Source: Perkinsus olseni (Eukaryota). Taken from it: a stretch of 41,748 nucleotides of DNA. Below the pieces are notes generated by a model. That model ran no database searches, was not told the DNA's origin, and worked only from the letters and a program-made list of their open reading frames with translations. A program made the position numbers and the translations under genes. Positions 11,496-23,400 of the stretch are shown piece after piece (positions within the stretch are counted from its first letter, which is position 1; each line of letters starts with the position of its first letter). The DNA lies in contig JABANN010000045.1 in assembly GCA_013115125.1 (NCBI GenBank), forward strand, positions 62,001-103,748, read 5' to 3'.

Positions 11496-12724
11496 ATGTC
11501 GTTTACTGGTCCGACGGAGGTGATGAGATCACCGCCTCCTGCGCCTTCGAATCTGACTAAGTCCTTCTCTATGCCGGAGACAGCGCGATCGTCGTGCTCG
11601 TCCTTGGCCTCGATGAACTTGGAGCATCATCGGAAGGGCCCGTCTCAGAGGTCCAAGGGGAGGAAGAAGAAGAAGTCCTCTGTTAGACGACATAACAGGG
11701 ATTATGAGGGGACGGCGAGGCGGACTTTTGATTGCTATAGCTGCATCAAGAGGATAAGGGCCCATCGGCCGATATACCTGCGGAATGACTTTACGTATTG
11801 TTCGAGGACATGTAGGGAGAGGGGCGTGTCTGAGCTCTTCGGGAAATTTGCCCGCCATGATGGACTCACTCCTGAGGAGCTGGATAACCTCTCCGTGCGT
11901 CAGCTTGGGATACTGCGGTCGAAGGCTGTTGATGTCTGTGCGGCTATGGCGGTGCAAGCGATAACAGTATCGGCTATGCGGAGGTATGACGGTGGTGGCG
12001 GCGATCCGGGTATTGCCGCGCGGACTTATCTCCATCCGGAAGACTACTCGACCGGAGTAGAGGGTGCTGATAGGGACGGCCAGTTCGACGATGATGAGGA
12101 AGCTGCTGCGGTAGAGGCCGAAGAGACTGCTCGAGAGAAGCTAGAGAACCAATGGCGCGATAGACCGATGACGATAATGGAGGCAGCGCAGGCACGGGCT
12201 AGGATGATGATACACAACCTGGCGCGGCGGCTGAGCAGCAACGCCTTGGTCTCGCGAGCTGTGAACACCTATTCGACTAGCAGGGAATGGGGACAGGAAT
12301 TAACGAAGAATACTAGTGTGGGTATGCTGTTTTCGTACTTACCGGAGTTACAGGGGCCGACGTTACCGCAGGACAGAACAGATGCTAGCTTAGCGGCGCG
12401 AGTGGAGCTGGAGCAGGAGGCTGCGATTGAAGCCAGCATGTACTGTCCAGTAGGCGGGTCGAGTTGCTCCAGTATGTGTATGGACAGTACGATGGAATCC
12501 AGTGGCATGTTCCGGGATCCGGAAACGTATCTTCCGTCACAGAAGCGGGCCGCAGGAGCCTCGCTTTCGGGCCGAACAGGTAGTGCAGTTGTGATTTGTG
12601 GGATTTGTGGTATGTCTCTTTTTCAGTATCCATCATACGGTTACGAGATGAAGATGATGATAGCGGCCCGGCAATTAGAGTTAAGGCTGTGGAGCCACCA
12701 CGACGAGCCCTGGGAATTTTTTGA
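11496..12724 (+). CDS. FLZ (FCS-like, DUF581-type) zinc-finger protein
   Basis: C-x2-C-x17-YCS-x2-C motif (CYSCIKRIRAHRPIYLRNDFTYCSRTCR, 11733-11813) follows a basic KGRKKKK patch. One 1084-nt exon, then a probable 47-nt intron (12580-12626) and stop at 12724. The unspliced ORF runs to 12800. Confidence 0.7.
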
Positions 12725-12799
12725 CATCATTAGAGATACCCTTAGAGTGCATAGTGGTAGTACTCGGTGCAATAAGGGTGGTGCCTGCTCTTGCTGCTG

Positions 12800-13202
12800 A
12801 TGACTAGAAAAGGCTGCGCTGCTGATGAGTCGACTAAGTCAGGCGGGGTGGCAGTTAATATTAATCGGTCGCCCTCTTCTTCTATCTTTTCTGTACGACT
12901 TTTTGAACAATCGTCTCCTACTCTATCTCTTTTGCCGTACCTGTTGTATAGAGCGCTGCTGCCATACCGGCTGAATGCCGAGCGGTGGGTGCCTGAGGAT
13001 GCTGTCACTACTACCTACTACGGTAAAATGCAATTCTGCTACTTTTGATTATCACCGTACGCTACCGTTAGAGTTTGGTCACGATGATGAGATAAGAACA
13101 TTGACGTACTGCCTGTAAGTGTCGCGTTGCACCTTCAATTCTACTGGGGGTATTGACCGTCGCAGGAGGCTTTCCGCTGTGGGCGCCGGGAATGTAATCT
13201 GA
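12800..13202 (+). CDS. Possible small spliced ORF (~60 aa) or spliced UTR
   Basis: Two canonical introns (13023-13071, 13115-13165) join ALLPYRLNAERWVPEDAVTTTYY-EFGHDDEIRTLTYC-LRLSAVGAGNVI* in frame. The 5' end is uncertain. Confidence 0.3.
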
Positions 13203-13243
13203 ATTCGACGGTTGCAGTTCTGTTTAGTCAATCTTTTTCCGTG

Positions 13244-14190
13244 ATGGTGGGAGATTCAGCGTCACCCGGGCCTGTGCTGGAGTCATCGAAGTCTGGTTTG
13301 GATGACCATGAGGGTTGTGGTCAGCAAGCTGATGACGCTCCACCAGTACTCGTGTATCACCTATTTTAGATATCTGTGGTAATGTGAATTTGGTACGAGA
13401 GGCGAATGTCCAGCGACGTGAGGAAGAGATCAAGAGGAGGCAGAGGGAGCGTCTTGAGAAGAAGCACAAGTTTTGGCAGGTAATGAGGAGTCGCTGGTGG
13501 GGGAAGGCTTCGAACGATGCTTCGATAAACTCGGGGGCGGCACTGGAGGGGCGTTAGCTTCTTAGATAGTGCAGGAGAGTGCCGCTGCTCGGAAGGATGA
13601 GTTGAGAGAATCTCGGTTCGCTAAGAGTGCAGCAAAGGCTCGGCAGACGCGGCTGCGGGAACTTGAGAATGACTACAAGGAGCGATGCCGGGAGGTGAAG
13701 ATCGTGGCTCGGCAACAGGTGCGGTCAATGGTTGAATTCCTGGGTTGACTACTGGGTCAGGATTGGTTGATACGAGCAACCGAATCGGTGATGAAGACGG
13801 TGGAGCGGCATAGGAAGGAGGACGAGGTCCAGGAGGAGGTTGTGAGGGACTACAAGCACATGAGGCGTAGCTTTCTTAATGAGCGTGCCGAGGTCAGAAA
13901 GAGACGCCAGGAGAGATTGGACACTAGGGAGAGGAGAAGGGTAGTAGTTGAGGGGATTTGTCGTTGGGCCCATTCTGGACGATGCTGTCTCCCTTTCGAA
14001 GGGGGTACCTTTCTGGGCAAGCCTTGCGTGTTAGGCCGTTAGCGTCGAAGGGAGGGATGCACTGCGGCAACGGCGAGAACTTTCAAGGGTCCGTACTTTG
14101 AGGGAATTGGTGGAGACAGAGAGAGCTCAGAGGATGGATGAGTTTGCCAATGCCATGGACAGCGGTATCATTCCCCGCTTCTTGAGGTGA
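13244..14190 (+). CDS. Hypothetical R/E/K-rich coiled-coil protein (multi-exon)
   Basis: Spliced reading NVQRREEEIKRRQRERLEKKHKFWQ / ARQTRLRELENDYKERCREVK / VERHRKEDEVQEEVVRDYKHMRRSFLNERAEVRKRRQERLD / ...DSGIIPRFLR*. It may be joined to the next gene. Confidence 0.55.
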
Positions 14191-14431
14191 TGCCTCGACA
14201 CCATCGCGGGTCTTCTGCTGATTGGTGCGTTCAGTCTGTTACCTGGCCCTGAGGACTGCCAGGAGGTGCTTTGACCTAGCATGCCATTAGACGCCATTGT
14301 TGCAGACGAAATCATCCGGTGTTCGATGTGAATGGCTGAGGGTGTTGTGCTTTGCAGTCAATTTTGAAGGGCAGTTACGCTGGCCACGGGAAGGGCCGGG
14401 GGTGGGGTCGGTGGGTGGATGGGCAGTACTG

Positions 14432-17431
14432 ATGAGTTCTGGCAGTATGAATGATTCTTCAGTGTCCCACCCTGACAACTCCAAAGTAGCATCGACTCCT
14501 CAGGGGAAGGTCTCGGTGCTCGGAGTTGAATCCAGTGCTGGGGAGCTGGAGAAGGGAGAAAGCATCTTACAGGAGGAATATGGTAATACTCTAGCGGTCG
14601 GCTTTCCCTGGAACGCCGAGATCGGTCATGGTTGATGATACCTGTTTGCGTGGGGAGGGTAGCAGGCCCAATGAGGGTGCGGTAGTAATTGTCCTGGCTG
14701 CGCGCGGTAGAGTTGTCGTTTGGCTAGCGATCTCTGGAATTATGAGCGCTGTGGCTAGGGAATGAATAGACCATTCTGTTGGGAGTGGTGCTAGACCTCT
14801 TTCCGGTGTGGTCGCTGTCTACCTCTCCTAGTACAAGAGGTTATGATTCCATATGGCCTTGTGTGTAGAGGTGACGAAGGCCTCCTCGCCGACGGTGGCA
14901 ATGGCTGTGATGAGAGAGAGGCTTGAGAGCAGTCTTAGGGACAAGGAGATGATGCGTGAGAGGATGCGCCTGCAGGAGGAGGAGCTGGCTCTGTGCAAGG
15001 TCCGCGGGTTTCATGCCTTACAGGGGGTGCCCTTGCCTCCAACGTGCGCAAGTCTCATCACTCTCCGCGAGGAAGGAGGGCAGCAATACTTTGTTTGTTG
15101 ATCTCATCACCAAGTTCCGCCTGTATTCTCGCCCTACGGCCCTGTCCACTATGGGACCTTGTGTAGGGTCTCGCTAGCCAGAATAGCGGAGAAGCGTTTT
15201 TCAGGCGAATACTGGAGAGACGGAAAAAGTTTCGTGTAAAAGTTGGCTCAGGTGAAAAAACGGTCGTATAGGGCTGATGCTCACCGGTTGAAGGAGGATG
15301 TGGAGACGCTGAGGGCCAGGGCAGCGTGCTTGGGGGAAGAGACGTCGAGTAATATGGAGGAAGTGAAGTATTGGCAGAAGACAGCAGAGGAGGCTAATAG
15401 ACATATCAATGAGTACTCGTGCATAATTTCGTGGCGCGCGGGAAAATTTTCGGTTTGTAGGATGAGCAAGAGCTTCACTCACGAGGTTAGGCTGTTGCAG
15501 CGGGCATTGGAGTGTGCTAGGGGTGGTGGAAAGCAGCAGTTCAAGCTTACTGAGAGTGCTGATCTTGTCGAGAGGCTGGGCAGGGCGGTTCTACAGAGGG
15601 ACGATGCCTACCGGGATAAAATAAGGCTCGGCGCCAAGGTGAGCGGCCTGCCACACCTGCCGAGTCCTTTTGTCTTCTACGTTCTCCGACTCCGAATCTG
15701 TTCTGCGATAGCAACAACCCTTGGAGTAGCGGCGGTTTTTTTGTCCGTCGTGAATTTTGGAAGAGTAGGTACGAGAGTTCCGTCAGCAATTGATGGCTCT
15801 GCAGAGTGAGCGCAACTCCTTGGCGTTGAAGTTGAACTCGACGACACGACAGATAGACACCCTTAAGGAGTCCAACAGGTTACTTATGAATGGTAGAGCT
15901 TGGCCGCTGATGATGAGGGAGGGGTCGCTGGTGGTCAGGTTCCATGCTACAGGAAGGCACAGTGGTAGTGGTGAAGGATGGTGACAGGATCGGCCAGAAG
16001 AAGGGTAGGCTATAGCGGGGATGGGAGTGAAGCAGAAGACTGCGTGGATCAGCATGGGGGAGGGTAGAGGACGTGGCTTTAGGGACAGCCTCCGCAGTGG
16101 AAGCTGGCACGGTCGTTCTGGATGATGATGACTTTGAAGTGGAACTGCGGGCCTTCGAGCAGCGGTACATGATGTTGGGGGAGGGGAGCGAAGGTTGGGG
16201 AAGGTGTGGTATTAGCGTGGTCTGTCCAAGCCGCGATCAGGTGCCGAACAGCTGACGACTAAGCTGCACGCAGAGTGTAAGATGCTGCGGAGGGACGTGG
16301 CACGGTGCAAGGAGGAGGCTGAATCTCTGAGGGCCGATCTCACGCAGTGGCGCGACTTGGCTGAGGACAGGCTGGCTGAGGTACTCGACTTGGAGGCGAA
16401 GGTGACGAGTCTGAACGAGACCGTCGAGGAGCAGAAGGGACAGCTGGAAGCAGCGGCTGCTGCTGCTGTTGTGGGGGAGGGTGAGAGGGGGGCTGAGCAG
16501 AAGGAGTTGGCTGAGGGAGGGTTGAGGAAGAGAGATAGTGTGGAGGTAAGGGAGACGCGGGAGCTGGCCAAGTCCTTGACGAGGTCTGTGACGGATAAGT
16601 GGCTACGGCAAGGCGAGGAGGAGGAGGAGTGCACGTCGCTGTACAGAGGGGTTCAGGAGATCAACACGGGAGAGACCGTGGAGGTGCCCGACGGTCTTCC
16701 ATCTGCTGCCGCCGCCTAGTCCTGAAGCAGGTATCGGTAGTGGAGCGTCGGGTCGAAGGCGGCGAGGGGTCCTCCTCCTATGAGGTCATGGCTACCGTTG
16801 ATGGCAGCAGGACTTACACCATCACTGTGGACCCTCAGTACTGGTCCTGGGCATGGCCAGTCTGCTCATGCTTGGCGCTTGCTAGATACTACCAGGATTG
16901 CCCTCCTGAGGATAAGTCATGGATCTCAGAGGTCGTCACGCTCCTCGGCCTCATTGATGATGGAGAAGGGGGTTCGAAGCGTCTGGTCGTGCCGGAGCCT
17001 GCAGGTCCAGGCTGGGGGGGTGTTGCTCGCTGGCTGAGTCCTTCCACGTTAGGTTCGGCCGAGCTGGAGGGTGGTGTGAGTGTGACGGTGTACCAGTACA
17101 CGCCTACTGTGTTTTACGTGACAGCGTACGATGGTGATTCGGGAGCTGTGGGGGCCACCACCTTGGACGTGGCTGCGGAGGCTACAGGTAACGCCTACAC
17201 TGGCCGTTTCAATGGGCGGGCGAGATCTAAAAAAGATATCTTGGGAATCTTCGCGGTGCGCACTCCCTTGTAGATACCTCCTCCTTGTCGAGTTGTGATG
17301 CAGCACAGTGGGTATTAAGTCACCTGGAATTGTCCCGCGAGGCCGATCAGAATACCATCCACTTGGCTTTGTCCCATGCCCCTCCTGTTGTTGGTGAACC
17401 GACCCCTCCTGCCGCTGCTGCTGTTGATTGA
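14432..17431 (+). CDS. Hypothetical long coiled-coil protein with a beta-rich C-terminal region (multi-exon)
   Basis: Exons encode MRERLESSLRDKEMMRERMRLQEEEL, EVRLLQRALE...ADLVERLGRAVLQRDDAYRDK, FEVELRAFEQRY, AESLRADLTQWRDLAEDRLAEVLDLEAKV and VTVYQYTPTVFYVTAYD. The last exon 17274-17431 ends PPAAAAVD*. Start is uncertain. Confidence 0.6.
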
Positions 17432-17490
17432 CCTGGACGGGGGTTGTGTTGAAGTTGTCAATATGCAAATGCCTGGTTACAGTAGAGGGA

Positions 17491-20400
17491 ATGACTATCG
17501 GCAGCGGCAGTGCCGGAGTGCTAGACGTAGCCTCCTGTTCGGCGTGGTTCCAAGCCAGGCTGCAGCTCCCAGGTCCTGGCCAGCAGTAGACGAGTCCGTG
17601 TGGGTAATGAGATCATCAGGTTTTACCCCCGATAACTGGAGTGACCGAGTGGCGAAGAAGTGCTTCGACTGGGCTATCAATCCTGATGCTGTGAGCCTGT
17701 GTCTGTGGCAGAGGGAGGACGGCACTCTGAAGGCCTTCAAGCATACTCGTAGGGCGCTGATTTGGTGGATTTACTCTACTGTCGGGTAGGGGAATCCGAG
17801 ATGAAGGCTACAGTGGCTGAGCGGCTCCCTAAGGCGATACACTCTGGGCGAGTGAAGGAATTCGCTGCCTTCTACAAGCGGACTCCCACCGCTTGCACTA
17901 AGGAGAATATCTCTGTCAGAAGGAGGATGGTTTGCCGATGGAACTTGGTCGTGTTTGTAGGACGTTGTGATGTTCACCGTGGTGAGGGGGGACATCCTTC
18001 GTGATGGGCCGATGCTCATGCTCAACTCCATCTATGCTCCGATGACTACCCATGACCGTGGCTGGCCGGATAACGTCAGGAAGGAGTTTACGGAAGAGGT
18101 GGTATGAGCGATTACTGTCCTTTTTGGACGGCTGACCTGTGCTTCTGTCCATCCTGTTTATCAAAGCACTTCGCTTTGTCTAGGAAGGGGTTCGGGAAGG
18201 GCACTTCAAACTTCCCCTATGCGGTCCCTCTCAGTTCCAACGGTTCATATCCGCCAGCGTGGAGGCGGCCAACCTCGCCAAGGGGACGACTGTCCTCTAC
18301 ATACCGGTTGACGATCTGAGTGATGTTGATGCAGCTAGCAGGGACAAGGACCTGGTCCAGCGTCTGGAGAGCTGCCTTATACATTGGGTAGCCCGGTGAC
18401 TGCCTTTGCCATTCTATGGTCGTCATCCTGTTGCAGACCCGGCAGATCAAGGACGTGACGAGTTCCCAGGGCGTATCATCGGGGACCTTCGCCAGTGACT
18501 CTGACGATCCTGCCAAACAGGGTGAGCGCTGGGATGAGCCTCAAGTCCGCTTGGGATGTTTCTTTCTCGACGATGCGTCGTATCCTGACTGATAGGTCCC
18601 CTTAGCGAGATCGAACTGTGGAGTATGAGGGATGTGGATCTGTCGAGGCTGAATGATCAACTGCAGTCACCTGAGCTGCAGCAAGTGTTGAAGGTCCTAG
18701 AGGCCGCCAAGAGCCCCTACCTCAAGCAGTTCAAGTCCTTGGAGGACAGCATCCATGCTGGCAGCCTCGAGGCTCGGGACAACCTAAAATTCCTCTCTGT
18801 GAGTTCTGCGACGAGTGGTATCAGCTGTCGGTGTTGTCAAGATTATCAGGAAACCGTTACAGCATTATTCAGGTTTTGAGGGAGCCTTGCGTAGAGCTGG
18901 CCGAGGCTGGCCCAGCGGAGCTCCCTGCCCTGCTGCCGAAGATACTCAACTGCGTCCGTCTCGTGTGGTCCATGAGTACTCATTACAACACTGCTGATCG
19001 GATCATTGGCCTCTTGAGGAGGCTCAGTAATGAGATTATATACCGCTGTCAGGAGAGGATATCGGTCGAGAATATCTTCCAAGGTAATGAGGATCAGGGG
19101 CTACGCACTGGGAAGAATTGGAGTTCTTGGTAGGCCCCAAGGTTGACGATGCAAAGAAGGTCTTGTCGGACTGCATACAATGTGGCAAGGCGTTTCGAGA
19201 GGCCTACCAGCGTGTTGTGAGGCTGATCGCTGCAGACAAGGCGGCCAAGCCTTGGGACTTTCCGGAAGGTTCCATCTTTGCACAGGTACTCCCGGCTGGG
19301 GGGGCTTTATCTGCTACAGTCTGGTTCTTGCCAGATCGATGCATTTGTCCAGCGTTGTGCTGATCTGATTGACGTATGCGTAGGAAGGGAACAGTTCGCC
19401 ATTATGAGCCTCGGCCGAGACCCTCCCGTTTTCACAGGTAGCATTTAACAGCCCTGTTGGTGTTCGATGGTGTTGCTGCTGCTTGGTAGGCACTAAAGCC
19501 GATGAAATAAGCAAGAGCTTGAGCGAGATAGAATTCACGTTCTTGCGGAGCGCCGATCGATTGTGGATCGCAGATTATGATATATTGGACGTTAAGGCGG
19601 GGAAGTGGCATGAGGACTACGGCGTGCTGAAGCATCAGATGAAGGATCTTGAGGTCCGTAAATGGGTCGGTAAATCTCCATGGATTCACTTCGATCAGAT
19701 TATGTACACAAACGCCATCAACTCCGCTTTCGAGAATGTGTCGACAGTGCAGGCAGCGTGCGACCTCATCTTCAACTTCTATGGGCTAGCCAAGCGGGAG
19801 CGAGTCGTGGCGTTTGTCCAGAAGAAGTCCGTCAACGTGTGAGTGACATCGAATGGCCCGATTGGTGAGGACCGCCTGGGCTCGCAGGTTTGGCATTTTT
19901 CTGGGGGAATTGGCGAGTGTGAAGAGGGAGCTGGAGCAGTTCCGGAAGAATCCCCAGTTGCCGATTGCGGCGGAGCATCCACAATTCGCCGGCCAGGCCA
20001 TGTGGGCTAAGGGAGTCGCACTGCGGATTCAGAGACAGTGGGAGGTAGATGTTAGTAGCTTCGCTCTGCTGTGAATGCATGTGAATTTTTCATCAGATCA
20101 TGGAGGAGCTGATTGAAGCGGGGGTCCTTCATGCGTCTAGAGAACAGGCTTTGGCGCGTGACGGCTATCAGAATCTATGCGTCTTGCTGGAAGCCTTGAC
20201 AGCGCAGGTTAGTCGGGCCCGACTGTTGAGGTTGGTCGAGCCTGGCTATCTTACAGACCTTCGGGGAGTGGCAGAACGATTTGAAGTCTCTAGGAGAGGA
20301 TAAGCTGCCTAAGAGGTTGGCGCAGCATCTCTTATGCCGGTGAGAGGGATTGCTGGCGGATGGCAGCATCAACGGGCTAATTACTGCTCCTGCAGGCCGG

Positions 20401-23400
20401 ATGATGGTGGCCGCAACATGGCAGTTTCGGCGATGACCGGAGCTCGGGGGTACCACATCGAGAATAACTTCGACAAGGGCCTCTTGCGAGTGCTCAAGGA
20501 GGTTTACTACTGGGGAAAAATACAGGGTTCGGGTAGTGTCCGCCGCTGGGAGTGCTGTGGGCATTTTGTGCACAACTCTCGGGCTGCCTTTCTGTTAGGT
20601 ATTGTTGTACCGTACGCGGCCCATGACCTGGCCTCTCATAGGGAGCATATCAGAGTTGTCAGAGAGCACGTCATGCGTGTTGTGAGGGAGTACAACGAGA
20701 TCATCGATGCTCTCTCGGCAGAGGAGAGGAAGCTATTCGCGCAGCATTTGAAAAATTTGGACCGGAAGATCGGACCAGGCCTGCAGAAGTAAGTTTCTAG
20801 CCGTGCAGGGTGTTGCTGTGAGTGTAGCCACGGCGGCAGGTACACCTGGACCTCGCCCGGTATCAAGGAGTACTTCGTACGGGATGCTTGCCGAGAGTGC
20901 TCAAAGGTGTATGATATTGTGAAGCAGTACAAGTCTAACGATATGAAGATAGTGGAGGCATGTGCGGCGATGGAGCGAAAGATGCTGATAAGAATTGAGA
21001 AGAAGGTTGTCTATCGAGCGTCGGAGTTCAAGCAGATGCAGGCTAGCTATAAGGCCCACGTGGAGGGGTATCTTTCACAGCATCACCAACGCATTACGGA
21101 CCTCCTCATGAGGACATACCAGTTCTTCGAGGTAGCAAGGAAGAGGGCAAAGGGAAATTCGGATGGTATGCCGTTCGTACTGTACCGCTATTGCCAACAG
21201 TATGTTCCACAACTCCGTCCAAATTCGGCAACAAACTCCTAGATAAATTGATGACAGTAGACTTGGGCTCCGAAGCGACTTGGAGAGCGCTCGGAGGGTG
21301 TCAGGCAAGGCGGCTCTGGAGCGTCCGAGCTTTGCTTGATCTCTTTGTGAGTATGGCAGTGTCGTCGGTCGATCAGGCTCATCCAGCGGAGGTCCAAACT
21401 GAGTGGCGACGGTATGTTGACTCAATAGACCAGCGCATTTTGGAGGCTCTGAAGCGGTCCATGAAGAATAGTCTCCGCGACCTGAGCCGAGCCCTCAATG
21501 GTGACACCAAGACCGAAGTGAAGCCATTGTTCAAGCTATTCGCTATGCTTGAGGGACATCATATGGATTTCAATCCGACAATGAATGAACTCAAGGAGCT
21601 GCTGCAGAATGTGAGGCTTCCCTTGGGTTCGGAGCGGGGTCGAAGATCCTTTCACAGGTGTGCCGGGACATGACGACGACTCTGACTGTAATGGTCAGAC
21701 TGCCGCGGCACTTCAGGAAGGAGAAGGTAAAGGACGCCCGTACAGTTGTGGTTTGTCTAATTTGTAGTGATTGGCATTGCGATGTATTAGCCTCGATCAG
21801 CAGTGAGCTGTCATCACTGTGATGATGATTGTGGTAGATTGCCCGGGATATGAAGAAGAAACAGCTATTATTGAAGCAGGGAGAGACTCAGCTTGCTGCT
21901 GCTATAATCATACCCACTGCCGAGGATGTGAGTGCCGCTGCTGCCATGTGCATGGGGAAATGACGTTGACGTTGGGTTTGTGCAGGATGCTGCCTTTGAG
22001 GAGAGCCTTAGCAGTAAAGGGACGTACTTCGAAGACATTTCGAAGGACGATGACTGCGTTATCAAGTGAGAGTGATGGAGAGGGAGAGGTTCGAGTAGTC
22101 GGTCTAGCAGGTTTGTCAAGGAGATTCTCAAGGGCTTCAACCAGTGCGCTGTTAAACTGGGCGAGAGGTTGAAGTGGTGGAGTACGAGTTACCAGCCCAT
22201 CATCAGTCAAGATAAGGACGCCTTCATTCGCCGATACGCCAAGACTGAGAGGCCCCTGCATGTGATTGGGGAGGACATTCAGAGGTGGGATTCGTCGCTC
22301 CTGCGTTCTTATAGAATAGCCTCACCTGCGGTAGGCATGCAGTCTTCTGTGCTCAGCGGACTTGTTATGTTATTGCATTCCCTCTTTTTCGTTCCCTCTC
22401 ACTTTGAAAGGCACTTCAACCGTAGGCTCTCTTAGTAGTAGCCCCTAATCCTCGATCGTGAATGTGCAGCCGTGGCTCTTGGAGGTCAGTCGTTTTGGCC
22501 AGGTACAAGCGTCTCCAGATGGACATCCAACAGCAGGAGTTCAAGGTCGTCGTGGACTTCATCGACGCAGATTTCACTCACCTTATGAACGAGCTCATCA
22601 AGCATTGCCAGCAATGGCATGCCAAGCTCACAGAGCTACTGCATCAGAACGCTAAGGAGCAACTGGACTCGTTACTCGGGTGAGAGCTTGACCCGAAGGC
22701 TTTCCTGCCTGTCTCTCGGTGGCTGCCTCACAACGATCCAGCGTAGCGCATCAGCCTGACTCTATCACACTCCATTAGACCGTACGGTGATGCAGAGGAT
22801 GTAGCACGAAACGTCGCCCCAGTTGTGAGTTCGGTTGATTGTACACTGTCGATAATTGCTGGTGTATGATCGTGATGCGGGGGCCCGCTATAGGTCCTCG
22901 TAACCGCTGTAGTCTTCTCAACCATCAGGTACTTCACCAATAATACTCGTGTTCTGCTTTCGACTCCTCGAAACTTCGACCAGCTTCGAGATCGGATAGG
23001 ACTACTGGACACCTGTTCGAATGACGTGGGGACTATGGACGAGAGGATCCAGCCTGTTGAGGATATGTGAGTGGCGGGGGCCACACAACGAGGAGACCTA
23101 CTGGTCCGTATCTGGAGCCGCAGCCTACACCTCTGTGGTCGAGCTAACCTTGCCAGAGGGATAGCGCGTTCTTGGCTCACGCTCGTTGACGAGGTCTGAG
23201 CAATGACGTGGGGTTGGGGAAATTATTACGCTCTGCTAGAGAGTGTCGTGATTCTGGAGGTGACGTTAATTTGCTTGCTGAAGGTACCAGAAGTTGGCTG
23301 ACTTTGACGTTACAACTAGCGATGTGGAGGCAGCCCGTAAGGCCTCGATGAGACCGCGCCTCGAGAGCTTCAAGGAGAGCCTCGTGGAGGCAGAGGAGGT

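Noticed and set aside
17733-17806. Possible GC-AG intron near the dynein start
   Set aside because: A canonical 41-nt GT-AG intron (17749-17789) also keeps the frame.
23161-23181. TAGC...TCTTGGCTCA relic spliced-leader-like sequence
   Set aside because: A 10-nt match in mid-intron, not upstream of a gene as expected for a retroposed relic.
21132-23282. Cluster of 200-250 nt dynein introns as snoRNA hosts or an introner family
   Set aside because: I saw no paired C/D boxes, shared sequence or terminal repeats. One apparent long intron actually contains an exon (21838-21927).
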